Positions 53,225 to 64,000 of a stretch of DNA of 64,000 nucleotides are shown piece after piece. Below the pieces are notes generated by a model. The model was not told the origin of the DNA, searched no databases, and was given only the letters and a program-made list of their open reading frames with translations. Made by a program: the position numbers and the translations under genes. The stretch's first letter is position 1, and the number at the start of each line of letters is the position of its first letter. Origin of the DNA: Octopus vulgaris (lineage: Eukaryota); assembly GCA_951406725.2 (NCBI GenBank), contig OX597833.1, forward strand, positions 13,826,001 through 13,890,000, given 5' to 3'.

Positions 53225-53380
53225 GTGTAGGTGGTACAAGTATGGATATTCCTCTGTGTGTGTGTTTGTGCGTGTGTGTGTGTGTGTGTGTGTGTAGGTG
53301 GTACAAGTATGGATATTCCTCTGTGTGTGTGTTTGTGCGTGTGTGTGTGTGTGTAGGTGGTACAAGTATGGATATTCCTC

Positions 53381-53385
<5 letters not shown>
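53225..53385. repeat. Three copies of GTAGGTGGTACAAGTATGGATATTCCTCT separated by (GT)n
   Basis: Direct inspection. Confidence 0.9.
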
Positions 53386-53449
<64 letters not shown>

Positions 53450-53929
53450 ACAATAACGAAATCACTCACAGACACCTGTTTCCAAACAACAGCAAAAATA
53501 TTTCATCACATCGTTGCAGACATGTTTTGAGTATTGTTAGAGAAAGGTGCCGGAGTGGACAGTGTACTTTAATATCAACATGTGGGGGGGAGGGTGGGTG
53601 GCAGAAACGGTGGAGAGGGGAAGAAAGCGAGGGCGGGGGTGGGGTAAAGATGGGTGGATAGACATATGGTTGGATGGATGGCCGAACGGACAGACACATA
53701 CATAGACCGATAAATAGATAGACAGAGAGAGAGACAGGTAGACAGACAAACAGACAGACAGACAGAGATAGACAGGCAGACACACAGACAGATAGGCAGA
53801 TAGACAGACAGACAGATAAACAGACAGACAGGCAGGCAGGCAGGCAGACAGACAGGCAGACAGACAGACAAACAGACAGACAGATAGATAGATAGATTGA
53901 TAGACAGACACACAGATAGACAGAGATAC

Positions 53930-54002
<73 letters not shown>

Positions 54003-54744
54003 AAGAAAGACAGACACACATATCTAGACAAACAGATAGACAGACAGACATAGATATACAGACAGACAGATAGATAGACAGAAGACAGAAAGAGACAGAT
54101 AGACGAAAAGACAGACAGCCACAAAGACAAACAGACAGACGAGAAATCAATGCCAACTCTAAACTTTAACAAAGCTTAGTCAACTGAGATTTTGTGAGAA
54201 CCGAATAGCAAACATATTGTCGTCCAATTGACACAACATAGGATAAACAGGATTTCATTTGGCGTAGACATGGTGTGTGTTTAAGAAGTTTGCTTAAGGA
54301 GTTCAATTCCACTAAGTGGCACCTTGGACAAGTGTGTTTTCTGCTATAGCCCCTGGGACAACCAAAGTTTTGTGAGTTCATCATAAGCATATGTGTGTGG
54401 TGAGGAAAGCACATGTATTTCCTGGTTTGCATATATAGATACTGAGGAGCTGTCTTTTAAAGGTCAGCCCTTAATAAGGTTCTTAGTAAGTTGCACGGGG
54501 CCAAAATCAAACTGTTTTAAATGATAATAATTAGATATGTTATGTGTATATATATATTGTCATCATAATCATCGTATAACGTCTGTTTTCCATGCTGGCA
54601 TGGGTTGGGAGGTTCGACTGAGGTCTGGGAAGCCAGAAGGCTGCCCCAGGCCCCAATCTGATCTGGCAGTGTTTCTACAGCTGGTTGCCCTTCCTAATGC
54701 CAACCACTCCGAGAGTGTTGTGGCTGCTTTTTATGTGCCACCAG

Positions 54745-54777
<33 letters not shown>

Positions 54778-54785
54778 GTACATAT

Positions 54786-54929
54786 CACTTTGATCACTTT
54801 GACCGACCAGTCCGTCAGGCGTCCATTTGACACCGCTGGTCAGAGCACGCTGTCCACTCCTCTCTGGATCGCGCCTTTCTCATCCACGTGATCCCAATCG
54901 TCCTCCTGAAATCGTCACTCCACCGTCGT
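54786..54929 (-). pseudogene. RTE-LINE 3' terminus, putative partner of SINE D1
   Basis: Translates RRWSDDFRRTIGITWMRKARSREEWTACSDQRCQMDA*; 3' end CTGGTCGGTCAAAGTGATCAAAGTGA. Confidence 0.75.
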
Positions 54930-55559
54930 ACATGTACATATATATATATATATATATATATACATACATATATGTATATATGTATGTATATACATACATA
55001 TAAATAATGAGGGAGATAAATTGAATATTAATTTAATTAATAACAATTTAAAACCAGTAGCCTAGCATACAAAAATCTGAAGAATCAGAGAAAATTCTAA
55101 TACATGTGTATATTTAAAGAGCTAAAAGACCACTAAGTGGTCAGCCATATGCTAGAAACATACATATGTATATATATACATATGTGTGTGTATATATATA
55201 TATAGTTGAAATTTACAGAAAAACAAACAACGAAGACAGTTGAGTGAACAACAAGCAGGTGTATTAGTTCGACACTCAGGAAAGTCAGAAAGTCTTTGTG
55301 TGTGTGTGCGTGTGTGTATGTGTGTATGTGTATAAAAGATTAAAATTCAAGTGAAGCAGGGAAGCAGGCACTCAAATGGTAAGGCACCGGGTCTAGTCAA
55401 AATGCATACACAACAAAGATAGACAAATATGTATTAGGATAACAAAGTACAGGCAGAAAGATGTTCAGGTAATGTGTATAATTCATTGAACCCAAGTGAG
55501 TATATCACTGACCCTTGGGCTAATCAAGGAACACACATTGTATTAAGTAAACAATCCAT

Positions 55560-55963
55560 ACTCTTTACTCTTTTACTTGTTTCAGTCATTTGACTGCGGC
55601 CATGCTGGAGCACCACCTTTAATCGAGCAACTCGACCCCGGGACTTATACTTTGTAAGCCCAGTACTTATTCTATCGGTCTTTTTTTGCCGAACCGCTAA
55701 GTGACGGGGACATAAACACACCAGCATCGGTTGTCAAGCAATGCTAGGGGGACAAACACAGATGCACAAACACACACACATACATATATATATACATATA
55801 TACGACGGGCTTCTTTCAGTTTGTCTACCAAATCCACTCACAAGGCATTGGTCGGCCCAAGGCTATAGCAGAGGACACTTGCCCAAGGTGCCACGTAGTG
55901 GGACTGAACCCGGAACCATGTGGTTGGTTAGCAAGCTACTTACCACACAGCCACTCCTGCGCC
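55560..55963 (-). mobile_element. SINE family A, full length
   Basis: Family A consensus. Confidence 0.92.
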
Positions 55964-56044
55964 ATAATATTACTTTGGATCACACAACGAGCAGCTTCCA
56001 AGAGAGGTGAATCATAAATAAGAACAGATGGATTAAAGTATCAG

Positions 56045-56128
56045 TTCACTACAGCTGTTTCCAACGAATGTTTAATTGGTTAATGGCGACATTACATAAC
56101 AAGAAAAAAACCGTTTTCAACAGGTAAA
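56045..56128 (-). ncRNA. Degenerate type I hammerhead motif
   Basis: Minus strand TTTAC-CTGTTGA-AAACG...CGTTG-GAAAC-AGCT-GTA-GTGAA; palindromic CAGCTG; core A6 mutated. Confidence 0.5.
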
Positions 56129-56560
56129 TGTATGAACCATATTTAGAAACATCGAAACAGCATATGCACCTTCATGATTCTATGAGCCTTGCTGATCAAA
56201 GAATGACAGCTGGACAGACAGGGATCGTGGTTGTCCTTGCATATAGGCATAGCCCCTACATCCCTCTCTGGTTGAGCATTCCTAATCTTGCGGGCTCATG
56301 GGTGCTGGCACCACATAAAAAAAAAGGCACCCATACGGGTTCCGTTTAAAAGGCACCGATGCCGCTGCTGCATAAAAGCAACCAGTACACTCTGGAAAGG
56401 GAAAGTGGTTGGCATTAGGAAGGGCACCCAGCTGTAGAAACCATGCCAAAAGGGACATGGCGCCAGGGTAAGCTGGGCAGCTGGTCAGCTCCAGGCAAGC
56501 CGTGCAACCCATGACAACATGGAAAATGGCCGTTAAACAATGACAATGATGATGACAATA

Positions 56561-56596
<36 letters not shown>

Positions 56597-57657
56597 GTGA
56601 CGCTAATGATGATGATAGTGATGATGATGATGATGACAATGGTGATCATGATGATGATGATGATGGCATATGTACATACTCACACATGTTTTACACATAC
56701 TGACACATCTTATTAAACAAACATCTGGTCACAGACCTACCTGTATTGATAAGAGAATATGGCAGAAATACCTGTCTTTTTATGTATTGTATAAAAAGAA
56801 ATAAAGCACTTTGAGAGAAATAGACAGACACACACACACACACATTCATAGACACACACACTCACAGACACACATACACACACAGACACATACACACATA
56901 CACAGACACACACAGACACATATACACACACAGAGACACACATACACACATACAGACACATATATACACACAGACACACATACACACAGACACATATACA
57001 CACACACAGGCACACATACACACACAGATACATATACACAGACACACATACACATACACGCACACACACTCAGACATACACACACACACACACACAAGAG
57101 CACATATAAAGACAGACACACCGGCACCCGCCCACACAGACTAATGTGTAACACGCATCTTGAGAATATTGATAAAGTAACTCTAGACATACACATACAC
57201 ACACACTTCCATAAACACACACACAACCTCTGGAAACACACAGACACACAGCTCCATAAACACACACACACTCCTGTAAAAACACACACACAAACTCTGT
57301 AAACACACACATCCTCATAAACAGACATACACACATGCACACACACATAAACCTCTGTAAACACACGCACACACACATCTTTATAAACACACAAACACAC
57401 ACACACACGTCCATAAACCCACAAAAGCTTTGGCAGACAATTTATAAACACTTCTTTGTCAGATCGTGTGTGTGTGTGTGTGTGTGTAAGCATATGTAAG
57501 TGTGTATGTGTGTGTGTGTGTGTAAGCGCGTGTGTAAGCATATGTATGTGTGTATGTGTGTATATATACCCATGCATGTGAGTGTTTGTGAGCATATGTA
57601 TGTGTGTATGTGTGTGTGCATATGTATGTGTGTGTGTGTATACATCTGTATAGGTGT

Positions 57658-57711
<54 letters not shown>

Positions 57712-57819
57712 GTGTGTATATCCATGCATGTGAGTGTTTGTGAGCATATGTATGTGTGTATGTGTGTGTGCATATGTATATGTGTGTGTGTGTATACATC
57801 TGTATAGGTGTGTGTGAGA

Positions 57820-57850
<31 letters not shown>

Positions 57851-58267
57851 TGTATATCCATGCATGTGAGTGTTTGTGAGCATATGTAAGAGTGTATGTG
57901 TGTCAGCATATGTATATTAGTGTGAGTGAGTGTATGTGTGTGTGTGCATGCATGTGCGTGTGTGTGTGCGTGGGTGTTTTGTACGTGAGGAGGTGTCAGA
58001 GGTAAAAGAGTGTACCAAAAAGAAAGCAGGTCAAAATAATTATATTTATTGCTAGGGATATTGAAGTGCTGTTTTTTTCAAAAAAAAAAAACATATCTTT
58101 GTAAATTTCCCAAGCTTACATTAGGAACGGCCACGCCCACCTCTCTATGTCTGTCTGTTTGTCCCCCTTTGTTTCCCTTTTATTCAACTGCCTGTCTGTC
58201 TGTCTGTCTGTCCGTCTGCCTTTCATGTGGAACCATGTTTGATTTTGTTGCATAACATGTAGGAGTA

Positions 58268-59690
58268 TATACATACCCATACATACATACACACACACAC
58301 AGACATACCCATACATACATATAGACACACTGACATACTCATACATCCATTCACAGACACACTGACATATCCATACATAGAGACACACTGACAAAGCCAT
58401 ACATACATACAGTGACATACCCATACATACATACAGAGTGACATACCCATACATACATACACAGACAGTGACATACCCATACATACAGACAGACAGTGAC
58501 ATACCCATACATACATACAGATATGCTGATATACCCATACATAAATACATACATACATGCACATATACCCATACATAAATACATACATACATGCACACAC
58601 AGACAGTGACATACCCTCTCTCTCTTTCGGAGAGGCACAAGCACCTACACGCACATATACACACACGGTAGTAACTTCCACCTACCAAATTCAATCACAA
58701 AGCTCCGGTCAGCTCGGGGCTATAGTGAAAGACACCTACCCAAAGTGCCACGCAGTGGGACTGAACCCGAAACCACATAGCTAGGAAGCAAGCTCCCTAA
58801 CCACACAGCCATGCCCGCGCCTACCCATGCCCGCGAATACATACATACAGATATGCTGACATACCCATACATACATGCATACATACATAAATACATACAT
58901 ACATACATAGATACACAGTAACATACCCATACATACATACACAGCCAGTAACATACTCATACATACATACAGACAGTAACATACTCATACATACATACAG
59001 ACAGTAACATACTCATACATACATACACAGCCAGTGACATATCCATATATACATACAGTGACATACATACAGACAGACAGTGACATACCCATACATACAT
59101 CCAGATATGTTGACATACCCATACATACATAGACAGATAGTGACATACCCAAACATACATACAGATATGCTGACACACCCATACATAAATACATACATAC
59201 ACAGACAGTAACATACCCATACATACATAGACAGATAGTGACATACCCATAATACATACATATATGCTGACATACCCATACATACAGACAGTGACATACC
59301 CATACATACAGACAGTGACATACCTATACATACACACAGAACCACATAAATACATACATACACAGTGACATACCTATACATACATAGATATGCTGACATA
59401 CCCATACATACATACATACATAGTGACATACCTATACATACATAAAGACAGACAGTGACATATTTATGACATACCCATACATATATACAGACAGTGACAT
59501 ACCTATACATACACACACAGAACCACTGACATACCCATACATAAATACATACACAGTGACATACCTATACATAGATACAGGCAGTGACATACCCATACAT
59601 ACATACAGATATGCTGACATACCTATACATACATACAGACAGACTGACATATTTATGACATACAAAGACATACAGACAGACAGTGGCAAA
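58268..59690. repeat. ~24-32-bp minisatellite GACATACCCATACATACATACAGACAGT, interrupted by a SINE A head (58670-58822 -)
   Basis: Direct inspection. Confidence 0.9.
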
Positions 59691-60033
59691 TAGAGAACCA
59701 CTGACATACAACAAGATGGCGCTCTATTTATTTCATGAAACATACATAAAACACCCACACACACAAAGTTGTACACCCTTATACACACACACAAATTGCT
59801 ATGACCTTTATGTACGCCCCTAACTCACACAGAATGGTCCGCCTTTCACTCATCTATCCACACACATACACACAAATATATACATAGGTACACACACACA
59901 CACATTTACACACACACATACATATATATACATACACACATACATACTCATATATATATAATAATAATATTAGGGAGTAAATCCAAACTTACAGGGAAAA
60001 ATTAGATTTGCCTAATAGTGGTTTTATCTCTAA

Positions 60034-60075
<42 letters not shown>

Positions 60076-60083
60076 ACATTTAT

Positions 60084-60116
<33 letters not shown>

Positions 60117-60142
60117 CACACACATTTATACATATATACAGA

Positions 60143-60175
<33 letters not shown>

Positions 60176-60281
60176 CACACACATTTATACATATATACAG
60201 AACACACACACACACACACATATATATACACACACATTTATACATATATACAGAACACACACACACACACATATATATATA

Positions 60282-60470
60282 TCATCATCATCATCATCAT
60301 CATCATCGTTTAACGTCCGTTTTCCGCGCTAGCATGGGTTGGACGGTTTCGACCGGGGTCTGGAGAGCTCGGGACTGCCCCAGGCTCCAGTCTAGTCTGG
60401 CAGTGTTTCTACAGCTGGATGCCCTTCCTAACGCCAACCACTCCGCGAGTGTAGTGGGTGTTTTTTTTAC
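60282..60470 (-). mobile_element. RTE-LINE 3' end (family C)
   Basis: Conserved tail with (CAT)n on the + strand. Confidence 0.8.
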
Positions 60471-60513
<43 letters not shown>

Positions 60514-61440
60514 CACACACACCTGTGATTGTCTTCTTTCAGTTTCCCTGATAACAAAGCCACTCACAAAGCTTTGGTCAGGCTCAGGGCCATAGCAGGA
60601 GACACTCGCCCAAAGTGCCATGTAATGGGATTGAACCCAAGGCCTCATAGTTCGGAAACAAGCTCCTTAACCACACAATCAATCAAACACACAAACACAC
60701 ACACATCGTATGTGCACACGGTGTCCAACTCACGATATATCTTTAAAAAGGCAGATAATTGAAATGCCTAACGAGTAAATATTTAAAATGGAAACCAAGT
60801 AACTGCATTTTGTAATGGAGCTAAACGGTGGTGTGTGAAGGTTTTTTTTTTTTGCAAATCAGTCATTTGTGAAAGCCTCTCGGTTTCATGTTGTGATTTT
60901 TATTGACATTTCAGATCTTGTTTTGTCGGCCTATTCACACGAAACCCACCACGACCACCACTACAAATACCACCACTACCACTGCATTTGTCTTGCATTC
61001 TTTGATGGGGTGCGGGTGGGGGATAAAATAGAAAGCATGTCAAGCACTGGGTGCAGAGGTGTGTGTGTGTGTGGTGGGGGTGACAATATAGTCAACTAAT
61101 TCTCCCACCCCCACTGCACTTAAAAAAAAAAAAAAAAAAAATCTGTGGCCTTGTGCTGTCTATATTTTTTAAAAAAAGTAATAAAATATAAAAAGAAAAC
61201 TTATTTTGAAGTCCTGATCACATCATTATCACCGTTGCCTTCAGAATTGGAGCAACTACCACTATCACCACCACCACCACCACAACCACTACCATCACGA
61301 CAACCACCTCCACCACCATCGCCACCACCATTGCCACCACCATCACCACCACCACAAACATCACCACCACACCATCATCAACCACCTCCACCACCACACC
61401 ACCACTGTTTTATGCTTGTTTTTCTATGCTGGTATGTATT

Positions 61441-61668
61441 ACCTATTTCTCTCACTACCCACAAGGGGCTAAACACAGAGAGGACAAACAAGGACGGACA
61501 AACGGATTAAGTTGATTACATTGACCCCAGTGCATAACTGGTACTTATTTAAACGACCCCGAAAGGATGAAAGGCAAAGTCGACCTCGGCAGAATTTGAA
61601 CTCAGAACGTAACGGCAGACGAAATACAGCTAAGCATTTCACCCGGCGTGCTAACGATTCTGCCAGAT
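61441..61668 (-). mobile_element. SINE family B monomer ending just after the multimer junction
   Basis: Family B consensus; ends GAAATA-GGT. Confidence 0.85.
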
Positions 61669-62582
61669 TGACGCTTATACCACCTTGCTGGTATGTAATA
61701 CCATCATACAAGCTATGTCTTTCATTTCCAATCTACTGTGAAAAAAACAAAAAAACACAACAAAATATGTCCAGCCAAGCGGAAAATATCACCTACCCTG
61801 GAAACGTTTGAAGGGTTGGCAACAGAAAAAGCATCCATCTATAGAATATCTACCTCAACAAAGTCGGTCCAACCCATGACAGCATGGCAAAGTGGCTGTT
61901 AAAACGATGGGGTTACAAAGCAATGTTGATGGAATACATCAGTTCTGAAAAATGTCCCCTTAATTTCATTTGGTAACTTTTCCTTAATTTTTGGTCAAAC
62001 AACCCTTTCAGTAATAAGATGGAATAACAGAAGGGTTCATAATGAAGCATATTCTTACTTATGACATACCAGTTGAAGTTGTACATAGGTGAGAAATTTG
62101 CTTGCCAACCACATGGTTCTGGGTTTTATATACACACACACACATACATATATATACATACATATATATGCATACATATATGTATGTATATAAATACATA
62201 CATATACACACATACACACACACACATATATATTGTTGCTATTATGCAAAAGTGTCACAAGTCCAAAACGTTGCGTTTTCAGAAAATCAAAAATAGTTTC
62301 ACCATTCTGTAGCAAAATTATTGTACTACACTTTGACATTTTTTCATATCAGGGGACAGTCAGGCGACATATTTTCAAAGAGAATTGGAAATGAAGAATA
62401 CTGCTTGCATGAGACAGTAACATACACACACACAATCAGTCGAAATTGCGAGGATGATCCGATTCTTGACTGAAGATTAAAGGCTTCAAATGACCCGTCT
62501 GTGTTTTTTGTATCGTCTTCTGGATGTTTTGCATTTTTTTTTATTTTTTTATATATACATATATATATATATATATCATGAA

Positions 62583-62882
62583 ATCACGTGACCGACCAGG
62601 CTATCAGATGTTGCTACACATCGCTGGTCACAATGCGCTTCACATTGTTTTAGCCTTCAAATGATGCCACCCTGCTGGCTAAGCGAGCAGGCCAACAGAA
62701 AAAAGAGTGAGAGAAAGTTGTGGCAAAAAAGTACAACAGGGGTCGACACCACCCCCTGCCGGAGCCTCGTGGAGCTGTAGGTGTTTTCGCTCAATAAACA
62801 CTCACAACGCCCGATTGGGAATCGAAACCGCGATTTTACGACCGCGAGTCCGCTGCCCTAACCACTAGGCCATTGCGCCTTC
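62583..62882 (-). mobile_element. tRNA-headed SINE family D1, full length
   Basis: Matches 30899-31171. Confidence 0.88.
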
Positions 62883-62885
62883 ACG

Positions 62886-63295
62886 AGTGGCTGTGTGGTA
62901 AGTAGCTTGCTTACCAACCACATGGTTCCGGGTTCAGTCCCACTGCATGGCATCTTGGGCAAGTGTCTTCTGCTGTAGCCCTGGGCCGACCAATGCCTTG
63001 TGAGTGGATTTGGTAGACGGAAACTGAAAGAAGCCTGTCGTATATATGTATATATATATATATATATGTATGTGTGAGTGTATTTGTGTGTCTGTGTTTG
63101 TCCCCCTAGCATTGCTTGACAACCGATGCTGGTGTGTTTACGTCCCCGTCACTTAGCGGTTTGGCAAAAAGAGACCGATAGAATAAGTACTGGGCTTACA
63201 AAAAGAATAAGTCCCGTGGTCGAGTTGCTCGACTAAAGGCGGTGCTCCAGCATGGCCGCAGTCAAGTGACTGAAACAAGTAAAAGAGTAAAAGAG

Positions 63296-63296
<1 letters not shown>
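62886..63296 (+). mobile_element. SINE family A, full length
   Basis: Family A consensus, head-to-head with SINE D1. Confidence 0.92.
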
Positions 63297-63329
<33 letters not shown>

Positions 63330-63522
63330 AATATATATAAAAAGAATTATGACATTTATTACTTTTTAGTGGACAATACATCGGTTTGTAGTTATTGATT
63401 TTTAATTTTTGATTTAAATAATCCTATTATTCTTGTAGTTCATTTTTTTATTTCATTAAATTTATGTCTTTTCTATATATTTACATATTGTGAATTCTAA
63501 TATTAATAAAATGCTGGAGCAG

Positions 63523-63571
<49 letters not shown>

Positions 63572-63695
63572 CTGGTTTTGAATTATTTGGCATTCTAGTT
63601 ATCGTTCATTCTATCATTATTTGTTTGTTCCTGTCTGCGCTACGAAAGGTCTTTGTATATTTTTTTGTTGGTCGTAATTATTCATACCAATATTA

Positions 63696-63789
63696 ATTCC
63701 TGACGAAGAATCGAATTTTTATTTCATGAAGAGTTTTTTTTTTGCTTTTGTCTTTGGAATTGATTAGACTCCAAAACAATTTGTAGAAT
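63696..63789 (+). ncRNA. Degenerate hammerhead motif in a TA-flanked element (63340-63870)
   Basis: ATTC-CTGACGA-A-GAATC...GACTC-CAAAAC-AATTT-GTA-GAAT; the GAAA box is mutated. Confidence 0.4.
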
Positions 63790-63864
63790 GTATATTGGTT
63801 CCGTACCAACTTGGATTATGAATTAAAGACCGTCTACACCTACAATTTTTTCTTTTCCTTAGAC

Positions 63865-63936
<72 letters not shown>

Positions 63937-64000
63937 CATATATATATTTGGTCCAGCAGACCAAAAAAATTATTTTCTTCTTCCCTCTCCCTTCCCCTCT

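Noticed and set aside
53225-53385. CRISPR-like 29-bp repeats with spacers
   Set aside because: Spacers are just (GT)n, the context is eukaryotic, and there are no cas genes
62440-62510. CTGAAGA and GAAA motifs suggesting another hammerhead
   Set aside because: Helices could not be formed in any HHR topology

Overview
AT-rich eukaryotic (metazoan) genomic DNA, almost entirely intronic or intergenic. The repeat families resemble those of Octopus genomes (recognised from memory, not database-checked). Nearly all long ORFs in the track are artefacts of (TA)n, (CA)n, (GA)n, (GGT)n and (ACT)n microsatellites. The window is dominated by several tRNA-headed SINE families, 5'-truncated RTE-LINE 3' ends, a non-autonomous Helitron, a hAT MITE and a hAT transposase remnant, an R4/Dong-like LINE tail inside a (TAA)n tract, and mini/microsatellites. 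No complete gene is evident; there are a few candidate isolated exons, the best being a signal-peptide-encoding first exon at 18104-18210 (-). The most notable hidden signal is a set of about 12 type I hammerhead ribozyme (HHR) motifs (3 look intact, the rest are variant or degenerate). They lie in short, mostly (TA)n-embedded, Penelope-pLTR-like elements, including a 226-bp inverted repeat with an HHR on each strand and a composite tRNA-headed element with an HHR-like tail. Also notable: SINE multimers with a recurrent junction, and a 20-bp minisatellite rich in CSL/Su(H) consensus sites just upstream of the candidate first exon.
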